Below the pieces are notes generated by a model. The model was not told the DNA's origin and searched no databases. It worked only from the letters and a program-made list of their open reading frames with translations. Source: a virus (Duplodnaviria > Caudoviricetes). From it: a DNA stretch of 64,000 nucleotides. The number at the start of each line of letters is the position of its first letter. Within the stretch, counting starts at the first letter, position 1. The DNA lies in the IMG/VR virus record IMGVR_UViG_3300014204_000114, positions 64,001-128,000 of that record; one strand, 5' to 3'. This document shows positions 53,131 to 63,475 of the stretch, one piece after another. The position numbers were made by a program, and so were the translations under genes.

Positions 53131-53751
53131 ATGCCCAGAGGAAAAGTAAAAGAAAAAGTATTAAAGCTGTCAGATTTTACAGAATTTGGTATGCCCGATC
53201 CTATTTATAGAGCTAAGTTTATCGAGGGGGGCATAGAGATAGACTGGGGTATGCTCGGCGATTTACATGAACAGTACCGGGTATTCTTCTATACTAATAA
53301 TAAGGATACGAATCTACTTTTATTCTCCTTAAAAGGGAATAAAAAGGGTCAAGTGCAGGGATTTGAGATAGAAGCAGCTTCAGGTAAGGCTCCATATTAT
53401 ATCCATTGCGATTCATTTTTTAGAGTTGCAAAGTTCCCAATAGAAAAATATAAAAACAAATACTACAGAGTTTCAAATATTAAGCTTGACGGCGTTAGCT
53501 TATTTAAGATCGATTTGTCTATCGAAGTGACCGAAGCAGGATGGGAAGCATCCATAGTAAAAGGTCCTATTCGTAAATCACGTAAAGGAATAAAGCTTGG
53601 ACCCAGAAAGAAACCCGAGATTGAAGCTGTTCAGGAAAAGCCTCAAGAAAAGCCTGCTTATAGGAAATTAGATCTTGGAGATCAAAGACCTGCGGTGCCG
53701 CAATTCTCTAAAGCAATGGGCGAAAAAGTATTAAAATCATTCACAGAGTGA
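53131..53751 (+). CDS. Hypothetical protein
   Basis: AAGGAG SD. Confidence 0.65.
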   Translation: MPRGKVKEKVLKLSDFTEFGMPDPIYRAKFIEGGIEIDWGMLGDLHEQYRVFFYTNNKDTNLLLFSLKGNKKGQVQGFEIEAASGKAPYYIHCDSFFRVAKFPIEKYKNKYYRVSNIKLDGVSLFKIDLSIEVTEAGWEASIVKGPIRKSRKGIKLGPRKKPEIEAVQEKPQEKPAYRKLDLGDQRPAVPQFSKAMGEKVLKSFTE

Positions 53752-54485
53752 GGGATAATATGCCAGTAGAAAAAGTAAAATTAGAAGACATAAGAGAAAA
53801 GTATATCTCAGGCATGAATATGCGAGAAATAGGGAGTTACTACGGCGTGACATATCAGGCCGTTGCGGACAGATTAAAAAGGGCAGGAGTCCCACGAAGA
53901 GGAAGAGGAGCTCCTGTGTCCAAAGAAAGGATTAAAGCTGAGAGTCTGCTGAATGATGACCTTTTAAGGTACTTAAAGCATGACCTTAAGCTTACAAATA
54001 AACAAATCGCCGAAAGAATAAAAGTACCCGCTCAAACAGTTGGAAGTATAGCAGTAAAAAGAGGCATCCTTTATGAGCCTTCTAAAGAAGATAAGTACCA
54101 CATAGCCAGACCTAATGGGGTTAAACAAATATTTAATACTCCCGCTAAACAGGAAAAGCTTAAAGCGGACATTAAGAAGTACTATTACGAATTAGGTTTG
54201 TCTGTAAACGATACTGCAGAGAAAGTAGGCGTAAGCTGGCGGACAGTACTTCGCTGGATGAATTACTGGAACATGGAAAGAAGAAGCCGGAATATGATCT
54301 TCCCTTATCTAGATAAGGCTCAGAAGCAAGAGCTTAAAGCCAATATTAAAAGGATGTATCTGAAAGAAAGAATGACTACTTTTGAAGTGGCTGAAAAATT
54401 AAATACTACTGCTAGTACTATCGGCAGATGGATGGATATATTCGGAATTAAAAAGAGAGGTAACAGAAAGAGAGCTATCAAGTGA
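53748..54485 (+). CDS. Multi-HTH DNA-binding protein
   Basis: Four repeats of Y.....S..EIA..G.S..TV..W....GI.RR type. Confidence 0.7.
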   Translation: MRDNMPVEKVKLEDIREKYISGMNMREIGSYYGVTYQAVADRLKRAGVPRRGRGAPVSKERIKAESLLNDDLLRYLKHDLKLTNKQIAERIKVPAQTVGSIAVKRGILYEPSKEDKYHIARPNGVKQIFNTPAKQEKLKADIKKYYYELGLSVNDTAEKVGVSWRTVLRWMNYWNMERRSRNMIFPYLDKAQKQELKANIKRMYLKERMTTFEVAEKLNTTASTIGRWMDIFGIKKRGNRKRAIK

Positions 54486-55828
54486 GTACTAAAATTAACT
54501 GGCGACAAGTTAAGGATATCGAAGAGCTTAAGAAGCTAGCTACTGATGCCGAAGGGTATGATGTAGACTATGCTATTATGCTTGTCCATGGAGCGTATTC
54601 CAGAAAAGGAGTTCAGTACGAGCCGGAAGAAAATCTATTTTGGGTCTACAACCATATAGACGATTCAGAACAACTTCTGACTGAAGAGCAACTCTTCGAT
54701 ACGGACTATACAAACGTAGGAGACGCTATAAAGAAAGGTCATTTCTTCGTAGACTCCGACCAGATAAACTGGGAGATAGGATGAAAGTTAAAAAGCTTAT
54801 TGAATTAATAAAAGACTATCCAGATCATGTAATTGTTATAGGAGCTTGCGACTGGAATTCCAAAGTCTCTAATTTCTCAACAGGCTATATAGTTAAAGGA
54901 GACGATGGCATTTCCGAATTCTGCGATGCTTGGGATTACCAAGAAAATAAGCTAATGCAAGCTTCTAAAATAAAAAAAGCTTTAGTGCTTTGGCCGGAGG
55001 ATTAATGAAACCCAATCTAGAACATCACGGAGATATGACTTTAAATCTTGATTATTGGGATTGTGAATGTGAGTTCGGCTATATCCATGCTATAGATGTG
55101 GATTATTGCCCTATATGCGGAGCTCATAGAGAAGATCAACCCAATTCAAGAGCTGAAGAAGTTGAACATTTAATAAAGTGTGGTTAAAATGGCTGATAAT
55201 TATTTACAATTCTCAGAAGCTTTCGATATCGAACACCCTGAAATTCTTAAAGATATTATAGAAAAATACGAAAAAGAATTAGAAGAAGATGATGACGGAT
55301 ATGATAATGTCATACAATTCGAATACGAGTTCGACGAGAAGAGAAAAACCTTTTGGGCTCATGCTGATGAATGTGGCGAGCCTAGTCATTTAGCAGAAGT
55401 ATTACATAGGTATTTAAAAGAGACGAACTCAGATACGGTATTTTCTTTTGAATATGCATACACCTGTTCTAAGATGCGATGTGGAGAGTTTGGTGGTGCG
55501 GCCATAGCCATAAGCAGAAAGAAAATACTATGGTCTGAATCTTCTCTCCAATTAGTCGAGAAATTAAAAAAGCAATTAAAATGTAAGAGGACCAAGAATG
55601 CCTAGATATTTGGTAGAAGTACCTGAGATATGGATAAAGCATTACTTTGTAGACGATGCCAAGGACGAAGACGATGCTATAGATAAGGTCGACATAGGAG
55701 ATTGTCACGAATTGAATGGCGATGACGACTTTTATATGCAGCGTGTCGAAGATAAAGAAGAGTGGATAGCCACCAAAATTACGTTAAAACCAATCGGAAA
55801 ACCAAAAAGAGATGGTGAAACTCTCTAA
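54482..55828 (+). CDS. Five small acidic hypothetical proteins
   Basis: ORF track, overlapping start/stop codons. Confidence 0.55.
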
Positions 55829-58663
55829 ATGCACAGCTACTTCTCAGAAAAAGCTAGTAAGATTATAGGATGGATAGACTTTGATAGATTAATTGAGCTG
55901 GAGAATCAAGATGAGTTCTATATAGAACTGGATAACTATGATTTCCACGATAAGTTCTCCGGAGAAAGATTTCTAGATTATTTAATCTATCTTAAAGTCA
56001 AGGATATTAAAGTCTCCAATCCTAATAATTCTTGTGTAGCATGGGTTACAGGCGTTACTGACGATAAGCCTGTAGCTTTGCCTGAAAGGGAGATTGGGTC
56101 CTTGCCTGACGTAGATATAGACGTATCGAAGGATCACAGGCAGGATGTTATAGATTATCTTGTATCCAAATATGGCAAGGATAATGTAGCGCCTATAGCC
56201 ACCTTCAATTCATTTGCCCTCAAATCAGCTATAAGGGCCGTAGCGAGGACTTTGGAATACCCCTATGAGATAGGCGATAAGCTATCAAAGATGTCTCCTG
56301 ACCCCGTGCAGGGCAAAAATCTGACATTTTTAGAAGCTCTTGAGGAAGTTCCTGAGCTTAAACGGATATACGAAGAAGGTGGAGAGGGGTTTAATGGCGA
56401 CGCCCAAAAAATATTAAAGGAAGTAAAGCTAATAGAAGGTATTATATCTTCTGTTGGTACGCATGCTTCCGGAGTAGTTATTTCTCCGTTTACATTAACC
56501 GATCTATTACCTCTACAGCTTAATAATAAAGATATGACTGTCGTCCAGTACGATATGGAGGATGTAGAGGCTTTAGGATTAGTAAAGTTTGATATATTGG
56601 GGATTAAAACTTTAACTACGTTAAAGATGTGCGCGGATTTTATAAAAGAAAGATTCAATATCACTATAGATTTTGAGAATATACCTTTGGATGATCCTAA
56701 TGTTTACAAGATGATATGCGAGGGATTCCTCTTAGGAATATTCCAGCTTGAAACTTCTTCCGGCATGAGACAAATAGTAAAACAGATACAGCCTAAATGC
56801 ATAGAAGATCTATCAGATATATTAGCTATATATAGACCTGGTCCTCTGGGTAGTTCCGAGCTTAAGAATTATTTAGAATGTAAGACTACAGGCAAGGAAC
56901 CAAAGTATGCCCACCCTGCATTAGAACCTATCCTTAAACCGACTTCCGGATTGATGCTTTATCAAGAGCAAATTATGAGAATAGCCAGGGATATATGTGG
57001 GTACACAATGGTCGAGGGCGATTCTCTGAGAAAATGTGTGTCTGGAGATACTTTATTCTGGACTCAAGATGGCTATAAACACATAAAAGATATGGTGCGT
57101 AATAGAAAAAGAAATACTGCTCGTACTTTAACGAATTATGAAATCGTGGATAATAAAATTGATAATGCTTTTAAGTCGGGGATAAAGGACACTATAAAAA
57201 TAATTACAGAAAGCAGATCTGAGATAATATGTACTCCGGATCATGAGATATTTACTAATGAAGGATATATTCAAGCCAAAGACTTAACTAGAGCTCATTA
57301 TTTATTACACGATATTACTGAAAAGTATGGCACGTACGACATAGACGAAGATTTATTGTTTTTAATAGCGGCTCTCGTTACAGAAGGACATACTGGTAAA
57401 AACGCTTGGTATTTTTGTAATAAAGATAAAATTTACATAGATAAATTCATAGATGCATTTTACAATATTTTCAAATACATTCCTAAGACACATATAGGCG
57501 GAAATGATGTTATTTATGTTCAAATAAAAGCTGACGCCAGTAAATATTTAACAGATAATTTCCCATCAATAGTCGGCACTAGCGCTTTTAAGTCTTTACC
57601 GTTTGATTTTCTTAATTTAGTACAAGAGAAACATCTCAAATTGCTAAGCTGGATGATAGATTTTGATGGATGGGCAGATGATAGACACATAGCTTACTGT
57701 ACTAAATCAATTAAACTAGCAGCACAAGTTAAATTACTATTTGAAAATATAGGTTGCGGGGCTTATATACTTAATAAAAAAGTTAAAGGATACGGTATAT
57801 TTTATAATGTGCATATTGGAGATAGACAAGATATCTTAAGAGCTAAAAATAAATTAATATATTCAGAGAAAATATCCTCTAAAAACTTTTCTACTACCAG
57901 AGACGCTAAAAGAAATTATGTATCTAAGTATACTATACCTTCTAATATATACAAACCTATTATTGATTCTATAATAAAACAGTCTGGATATAGCAGAAAT
58001 GAATTAGTAGGAAAAAATATATCTGGTTCTTATTTTTCCGGGCCATTAGGTATAGATAGACTGTCTGATATTTTGTCGGTTTGCGGGCGCTCGAAAGAAT
58101 TAGAATTTTATTTAAATAGAGAGGTTTATTGGGATAAAATTCGATCGATAACTCCAAATGGGGAGATCGATGTGTATGACTTTAGTATGACAGAAAGATC
58201 TAGTCCTCGTGCATTTGCTAATAACATACTTATACATAATTGCGTAGGAAAGAAAAAAGCAGAGGAGTTATTAAAACACGAGGAAAAGTTCGTATCTGGC
58301 GGAATTAGATTGGGTTTTCCAGAGAAAATGCTCAGAGATTTATTTAACAATATCAAGAGCTTTGGGGCGTATGGATTCAATAAATGTCTAACTGGGGACA
58401 CTAAAGTAAAAACTCCAGACGGTATAAAGGCTATCGAAAGCTTAAAAGTCCCATGTACTTTGTTATCGATGGACGCTAATAACAATATTATCGAAAATGA
58501 GTGTGTCGAAAAAATAGATTGCGGAGAACAAGACGTATATGAAATTGAATTTAGCGATAGCTGTATCATAAAATGTACCCTAGATCATAAGTTCATGTGT
58601 GGTGATAATAAAATGCATAGCGTGAGGGATATTATAAAAGATGACTTGACAGTTCTAGCTTAG
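55829..58663 (+). CDS. dnaE: DNA polymerase III alpha fragment 3 (catalytic palm/thumb/fingers) with LAGLIDADG intein and N-half of a split intein
   Basis: SLPDVDID, HASGVVI, GLVKFDILG, GIFQLE, YRPGP, YQEQIM, LRK|..|CVGKKK, AYGFNK|CLTGDT. Confidence 0.93.
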   Translation: MHSYFSEKASKIIGWIDFDRLIELENQDEFYIELDNYDFHDKFSGERFLDYLIYLKVKDIKVSNPNNSCVAWVTGVTDDKPVALPEREIGSLPDVDIDVSKDHRQDVIDYLVSKYGKDNVAPIATFNSFALKSAIRAVARTLEYPYEIGDKLSKMSPDPVQGKNLTFLEALEEVPELKRIYEEGGEGFNGDAQKILKEVKLIEGIISSVGTHASGVVISPFTLTDLLPLQLNNKDMTVVQYDMEDVEALGLVKFDILGIKTLTTLKMCADFIKERFNITIDFENIPLDDPNVYKMICEGFLLGIFQLETSSGMRQIVKQIQPKCIEDLSDILAIYRPGPLGSSELKNYLECKTTGKEPKYAHPALEPILKPTSGLMLYQEQIMRIARDICGYTMVEGDSLRKCVSGDTLFWTQDGYKHIKDMVRNRKRNTARTLTNYEIVDNKIDNAFKSGIKDTIKIITESRSEIICTPDHEIFTNEGYIQAKDLTRAHYLLHDITEKYGTYDIDEDLLFLIAALVTEGHTGKNAWYFCNKDKIYIDKFIDAFYNIFKYIPKTHIGGNDVIYVQIKADASKYLTDNFPSIVGTSAFKSLPFDFLNLVQEKHLKLLSWMIDFDGWADDRHIAYCTKSIKLAAQVKLLFENIGCGAYILNKKVKGYGIFYNVHIGDRQDILRAKNKLIYSEKISSKNFSTTRDAKRNYVSKYTIPSNIYKPIIDSIIKQSGYSRNELVGKNISGSYFSGPLGIDRLSDILSVCGRSKELEFYLNREVYWDKIRSITPNGEIDVYDFSMTERSSPRAFANNILIHNCVGKKKAEELLKHEEKFVSGGIRLGFPEKMLRDLFNNIKSFGAYGFNKCLTGDTKVKTPDGIKAIESLKVPCTLLSMDANNNIIENECVEKIDCGEQDVYEIEFSDSCIIKCTLDHKFMCGDNKMHSVRDIIKDDLTVLA
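57035..58240 (+). mobile_element. Intein (402 aa) with LAGLIDADG endonuclease domain
   Basis: CVSGDT...CTPDHEI...LIAALVTEG...WMIDFDG...VYDFSM...LIHN|C. Confidence 0.92.
58385..58660 (+). other. Split intein N-part (92 aa)
   Basis: CLTGDTKV...VYEIEF...IKCTLDHKFM then stop; acidic. Confidence 0.9.
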
Positions 58664-58700
58664 GAGTCTATAATCATATAAGAGGCATAGGAGGCCTTTT
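58646..58700 (+). promoter_or_regulatory. Consensus promoter plus RBS hairpin for the homing endonuclease gene
   Basis: TTGACA-N17-TATAAT (58646-58674); aagaggc-ataggag-gcctttt hairpin enclosing the SD (58680-58700). Confidence 0.75.
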
Positions 58701-58702
58701 AT

Positions 58703-59596
58703 ATGGAACAAACGAACACAATGAGACGTAGGCGTAATTTTTCTCCACCTAACAAAACAATTACAGACGACGATAAAAGATTTATGGTAGAACAGTACGT
58801 AACACATAAAAAATCAGCTAACGAAATATTAAAGATGTTTAACGGAAAGTTTAAAACTACTAAAACTGTTTATGACGTTCTAAAACAATTCGATATTAAA
58901 GGAAGAGAATTACAAGACTATATTAATATAGACCACCTATTCTTTTCAGAAATAAACACTTCAGCCAAAGCCTACATATTAGGCTTATTTATAACAGATG
59001 GTTGGGTAATATCTGATAAAGGGGCGTTCGGGATCCAATTAACAATGGAAGACGAGAATATAATCAAAATGATTAGAAAAGAACTTAAATCAGATACGAG
59101 TTTAGTAACATGTTATAAAAAACCATTCGAAGGTGCTAACGGAAATATATATCAACCTAAAGATATGATAAGATTCTTCGCCCATTCTAAGCAAATTGTT
59201 AACGATCTGTCTAGGTACGGCGTAATCAACAATAAGAGCGACAAGACGTTACTGCCTCTGATTGGCCCAAATTTTATGCCACATATGTTAAGAGGTATTT
59301 TAGACGGAGACGGCAGCGTGTATATACATGCTCAATCGAATAATCTATGTATTAGATTTATAGGAACGAGAGTCCTAGTAGCCCAAATCTCAATGTTTTT
59401 AGCCTTAGCATTAGGCGTAAAATATAACTATCCTAATATACGAACTAAACAAAAAGAGACATATATGGATATTTGTTATGTAGATTGGGAGAGTAAAGAA
59501 GAGGTCGAAAAAATAATAAGATATATATATAAGGACTCGGACGAAGACCATAGGATAAGAAGAAAATATGAGAAAGCTAAAGATTATATCATATAA
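58703..59596 (+). CDS. Free-standing LAGLIDADG homing endonuclease between the split-intein halves
   Basis: AYILGLFITDG and LRGILDGDG motifs. Confidence 0.9.
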   Translation: MEQTNTMRRRRNFSPPNKTITDDDKRFMVEQYVTHKKSANEILKMFNGKFKTTKTVYDVLKQFDIKGRELQDYINIDHLFFSEINTSAKAYILGLFITDGWVISDKGAFGIQLTMEDENIIKMIRKELKSDTSLVTCYKKPFEGANGNIYQPKDMIRFFAHSKQIVNDLSRYGVINNKSDKTLLPLIGPNFMPHMLRGILDGDGSVYIHAQSNNLCIRFIGTRVLVAQISMFLALALGVKYNYPNIRTKQKETYMDICYVDWESKEEVEKIIRYIYKDSDEDHRIRRKYEKAKDYII

Positions 59597-60932
59597 AAAG
59601 GTAGGTACAAAAAAGACTTACAATCTTCGTATGATTAAGAAGCCACATAACTATATATTGGCTAATGGATTAGTTTCTGCTAACTCGCATAGCATTTCAT
59701 ATAGTTATATAACATACTTCACGTCTTACATGAAGTGTTATTACCCTACTGATTTTATGGCATCGTTATTATCTAATGAAGATAATCCTGATATGTTTAA
59801 GCAGTATCTTAGAGAATGTTCTGATTTAGGGTTAAAGATAATGCCGCCGGATATAAATGAATCCGATAGAGGGTTTAGACCTGCAGGGGATGATTCGAAT
59901 CCGGTTATCTATTTTGGTTTAAATGGTATTACAGGTATAGGATCTAAAGTCGTAGATGAGATATTGTTAGCCAGAGAATCCGGTCCTTTTATGAATATTA
60001 AAGATTTTGTTTCAAGAGTTAATACCAGAGTAGTTAATAAAGGCAAGAGAGAACTACTAGCCAAAATAGGCTGCTTTGATAAGTTTAATGTTAATAGAAG
60101 GGCTGTTGCTGAACAGCTAGAGGACTTAGTTGATTATGCGGCAAGAACAAGAACTTATAATGCCGCGCTGGATAAGTATCATGCTTATGTAGACAAGAGA
60201 AGAGAAGAAGGGAAAGATATAACAAAGGTCCCGCCTGCTAAACCTGTGTTCGAAAAGACTTATTCTCATGTGGAAAATTATATAGAGAAAGAGCTATGTG
60301 ATTTTGAAAGAGATTTCTTGGGGGCATACGTAACCAATCACCCGTTGATTAAGATAAGACAATTCAAGGGAGACTCTCAATATGTCATTTCGGACTTAAA
60401 GGATGACTATTATGTGGACCAGCCGATTCATCTCTACTGTATGGTAGAAGACGCCCGAAAGATAAAGACTAAGAATGGAACCAACATGGCGTTCCTGAAA
60501 ATCATAGACGAGTTTGATAGTATAGAATGCGTAGTGTTCCCTAAAGTGTATGAAGTATCTAAAAGTGTATTGGTAGATCCATATCTATCCGGCGCGTATT
60601 TTATCGAGGGAATGCTTCGACCTAACTATCAAGACAGATCTGTAATGAATGTTATAGCTAATAAGATAATGCCTATAGAAAGCAGTGAAGGATTAAGGCA
60701 TAACTATAAATTAATTCTTAAGCCTAATAAGACATTCCATAAGCTTCTTAAGATGAAACCTCTTCTAAAACGCCACAGAGCTTATGAGAATAACCTTAAT
60801 ATGATATCTCTTAAGATAGGCGACATCGAATTTGAATTCCGTAACTCAAGACAGTTCGAAGAAACAGGAAAGATCAGAGCTCTATTAAGAGAGAACGGCA
60901 TTGATGGAAATCTAGTATTGGAAAAACGTTAG
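59568..60932 (+). CDS. dnaE: DNA polymerase III alpha fragment 4 (C-half of split intein + HhH/OB-fold C-terminus)
   Basis: MRKLKIISYKKVG..TYNL...HNYILANGLVSAN|SHS.SYS...Y.K.YYP.DF, PPDINES, FGL..I.GIG, ER..LG.Y...HPL, MAF. Confidence 0.92.
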   Translation: MRKLKIISYKKVGTKKTYNLRMIKKPHNYILANGLVSANSHSISYSYITYFTSYMKCYYPTDFMASLLSNEDNPDMFKQYLRECSDLGLKIMPPDINESDRGFRPAGDDSNPVIYFGLNGITGIGSKVVDEILLARESGPFMNIKDFVSRVNTRVVNKGKRELLAKIGCFDKFNVNRRAVAEQLEDLVDYAARTRTYNAALDKYHAYVDKRREEGKDITKVPPAKPVFEKTYSHVENYIEKELCDFERDFLGAYVTNHPLIKIRQFKGDSQYVISDLKDDYYVDQPIHLYCMVEDARKIKTKNGTNMAFLKIIDEFDSIECVVFPKVYEVSKSVLVDPYLSGAYFIEGMLRPNYQDRSVMNVIANKIMPIESSEGLRHNYKLILKPNKTFHKLLKMKPLLKRHRAYENNLNMISLKIGDIEFEFRNSRQFEETGKIRALLRENGIDGNLVLEKR

Positions 60933-61144
60933 AATAATCAACTAGATTTTATTTATTTTATTTTTCGGAGATAAGATGGAGATCCAGACAAAGGTCCTAT
61001 ACCTGATAGGATTCATTTTATTATTATCTTTACTAATAGGAATGGCAGTTCTTTGCGTTCTGGTTAAGATAATAATCTATTTGGTAAGCAATTTTGGAAT
61101 TTTTTTGTTGATTTTGTTTTTACTGTATTGTATAATACGGGATA

Positions 61145-61966
61145 ATGGAAAGGGAGATAGCAATGGAGATATACAAGACGAATAAGATTTCTCTGTCGGG
61201 CAATCGCAAAGTAGATCCGAACACGCTAGATATTTCTAAGGGATGTATAGGCGCTCAAAAGAGAGAGAATGGATGTTATAACGCCTGTTACGCCTGTAAG
61301 ATGTCCAAGTTAGCCAACAAAGATTTCTCCGTTCCCGTCCCGCAGATATTAGACGAAAGTCTATTACGTAAACAGCTTAAAACTCTAAAGCAAAACTGGG
61401 TTAGGATAGGAGTCTCCGGAGACCCATCTTCGGATTGGGATACTACAGTTAAAGTGTGTCAGATAGTCAGAGAGTCAGGGAGAACCCCGGTAGTCAAAAC
61501 TAAATGCTGGACAGAACCAGAACAGATACATCTTAAGCAAATGGCTGTTTCTAATACCATCTTCCAAGTCTCTATGTCAGCACTAGATGATGAGGACGAA
61601 AGCAAACGAAGATCCAAAGCCTTGGCTTCTTACAGAGACCTCCTGCCAGGCTATTCTGTTCCTATGGTAAACTCGCTTGCGTTTAAGCCCGGAGAATTAC
61701 ACACCAGACAAGCTACTGATTCTGAATTACTTTTAAAGTTCTGCGGGAGTATCTTAGAAGTTCCAATAAGACTGTTTAAGACTAACCCTATATGGAAAGA
61801 GCTTGACGAGTCAAAATATCATCATCACGAATCAGTCATAAGTGGTAAGGAAGATTCCCAGTATACAGCCGGACTGGTAATAAATCTTACCGGCGTCTAT
61901 CCATGTAATACTAAATGTAGTGAATGCGAGAACCAATGTATGGTCAATGTGTTGGAGAAAAAGTAA
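61145..61966 (+). CDS. Radical-SAM-like Fe-S protein
   Basis: KGC...GCYNACYAC cluster, VRIG.SGDP, C-terminal C...C..C...C. Confidence 0.55.
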   Translation: MEREIAMEIYKTNKISLSGNRKVDPNTLDISKGCIGAQKRENGCYNACYACKMSKLANKDFSVPVPQILDESLLRKQLKTLKQNWVRIGVSGDPSSDWDTTVKVCQIVRESGRTPVVKTKCWTEPEQIHLKQMAVSNTIFQVSMSALDDEDESKRRSKALASYRDLLPGYSVPMVNSLAFKPGELHTRQATDSELLLKFCGSILEVPIRLFKTNPIWKELDESKYHHHESVISGKEDSQYTAGLVINLTGVYPCNTKCSECENQCMVNVLEKK

Positions 61967-62209
61967 CATGGTCCCTTACGGCTCTACTAAAAAAGACCCT
62001 TTGAAATTAGATAAAGTGGATCTTGAAACTTTATATAATAATTTTAAAGAGGGTTTGTTTGATACGCAGATTAAGGATTACGAATATATAATTGCTTCAA
62101 GACAATTAGTTGATACTACAGATGCTATCGGAAGATACGCTAATCACTTCGGTAATGACAACCAGATAATGGTTTGTACTGGATTGCAGTTTTCTAAGAA
62201 GGAGGACTA

Positions 62210-63475
62210 ATGCAAACATTAAAGAAACCGGGATGGAACACAGAAGAAAGAGAATTGATCAAGGCTTTATACCCATACTTTGGGCCTGGAGTAGTAGCAT
62301 ATGTATTTCAAAGACTAGGGATTAGAAGAAACTATGGAGCTATAGAATCTCATGCCAGAAGAAATGGGATTAAGTTTACGAACTATCCTGATGACTTTGA
62401 TTCTTCTACAGTATCCGAAGATGTTCTCGCTATTATACAGGAGATGATTAATGACTCTAATGTAGATGATGAAATAGAGAATGATATAGACGCGGAATTA
62501 GATACGGAGACAGACGAGCCTTCTTATGTTCAGAAGTTTACTTCTAGAAAAGTGTCTACAACGATGGATGATCTAAAGTTGTCACTGGATAACTTGAGAA
62601 AAGAAATAGTTCCGCTGGAGATACCTGAACCAACAGATATGAATACCGGAGAGTCTTATTGCATATTACTTTCCGACCTTCATATAGGCTCTCTAATAGA
62701 GGATGAGAATAATGAAGTTATATACGACACTCAGATAGCTCTCGAAATGATTCGTGCTATGGCACAAAAGTTCTACGAGATTATACATCTGGTCAAGAAA
62801 GGGACTTTAATAGACGAGATAGTTTTAATCCTCGCCGGGGATTTAATAGAGAACGACGTCATATATGATAATCAGACATTCGAAATAGATTCTCATGCAG
62901 GTATACAGCTTAGGAATACAACCAGAGCTATATGGGAACTGATAGTAAATTTGAGAGCTACATTTAAAGTCCCTGTAAGAGTCATCACGGTTAAAGGGAA
63001 TCACGGCAGAACAGGGGCTATAACAAAAGCTAACTTCGATTCGATACTCTATGACTTCTTAGTCCTTCTAAGAGATGTACATGAAGACAATGGTATCTCT
63101 ATTAAGACTACTGATAGGGAGTACATTAAGTTTGAAGTTAAAGGATGGAAAGGGTTAGTGAGACATAAGTTACCCGCGGAAGATAAATCATCTGCGTCTC
63201 TCAAGAAGTTTGGAGGCTGGTACGCCCAGCATGGATTTGATTTTTGTGTAGGCGGACACTGGCATATGTGGGGAATAGGCAACTATGGCAATCGTCCAAT
63301 TTTCAGGAACGGTGCATTATCTCCGGGGAATGAATACGCTGAGAGTTTGTCTCTGGGAGATGGAGAACCTACAATGTTAGTATGGGGAGCCACAAGAAAA
63401 AGAATCCCTACGTCTGTTTACCCTGTAAACTTTGGCATTGAGGAAAAAGAAGATGATGATCAAGAAAACGATTGA
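62210..63475 (+). CDS. Metallophosphoesterase (calcineurin-like) with N-terminal helical domain
   Basis: SDLHIG, GDLIE, GNHG, GHWH. Confidence 0.85.
   Translation: MQTLKKPGWNTEERELIKALYPYFGPGVVAYVFQRLGIRRNYGAIESHARRNGIKFTNYPDDFDSSTVSEDVLAIIQEMINDSNVDDEIENDIDAELDTETDEPSYVQKFTSRKVSTTMDDLKLSLDNLRKEIVPLEIPEPTDMNTGESYCILLSDLHIGSLIEDENNEVIYDTQIALEMIRAMAQKFYEIIHLVKKGTLIDEIVLILAGDLIENDVIYDNQTFEIDSHAGIQLRNTTRAIWELIVNLRATFKVPVRVITVKGNHGRTGAITKANFDSILYDFLVLLRDVHEDNGISIKTTDREYIKFEVKGWKGLVRHKLPAEDKSSASLKKFGGWYAQHGFDFCVGGHWHMWGIGNYGNRPIFRNGALSPGNEYAESLSLGDGEPTMLVWGATRKRIPTSVYPVNFGIEEKEDDDQEND

Noticed and set aside
49425-55829. Group I/II introns explaining the dnaE breaks
   Set aside because: Gaps are filled with ordinary ORFs, promoters and tRNAs; no intron core or maturase recognised
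58661-58703. Amber readthrough joining IntN to the endonuclease
   Set aside because: An in-frame TAA follows after five codons
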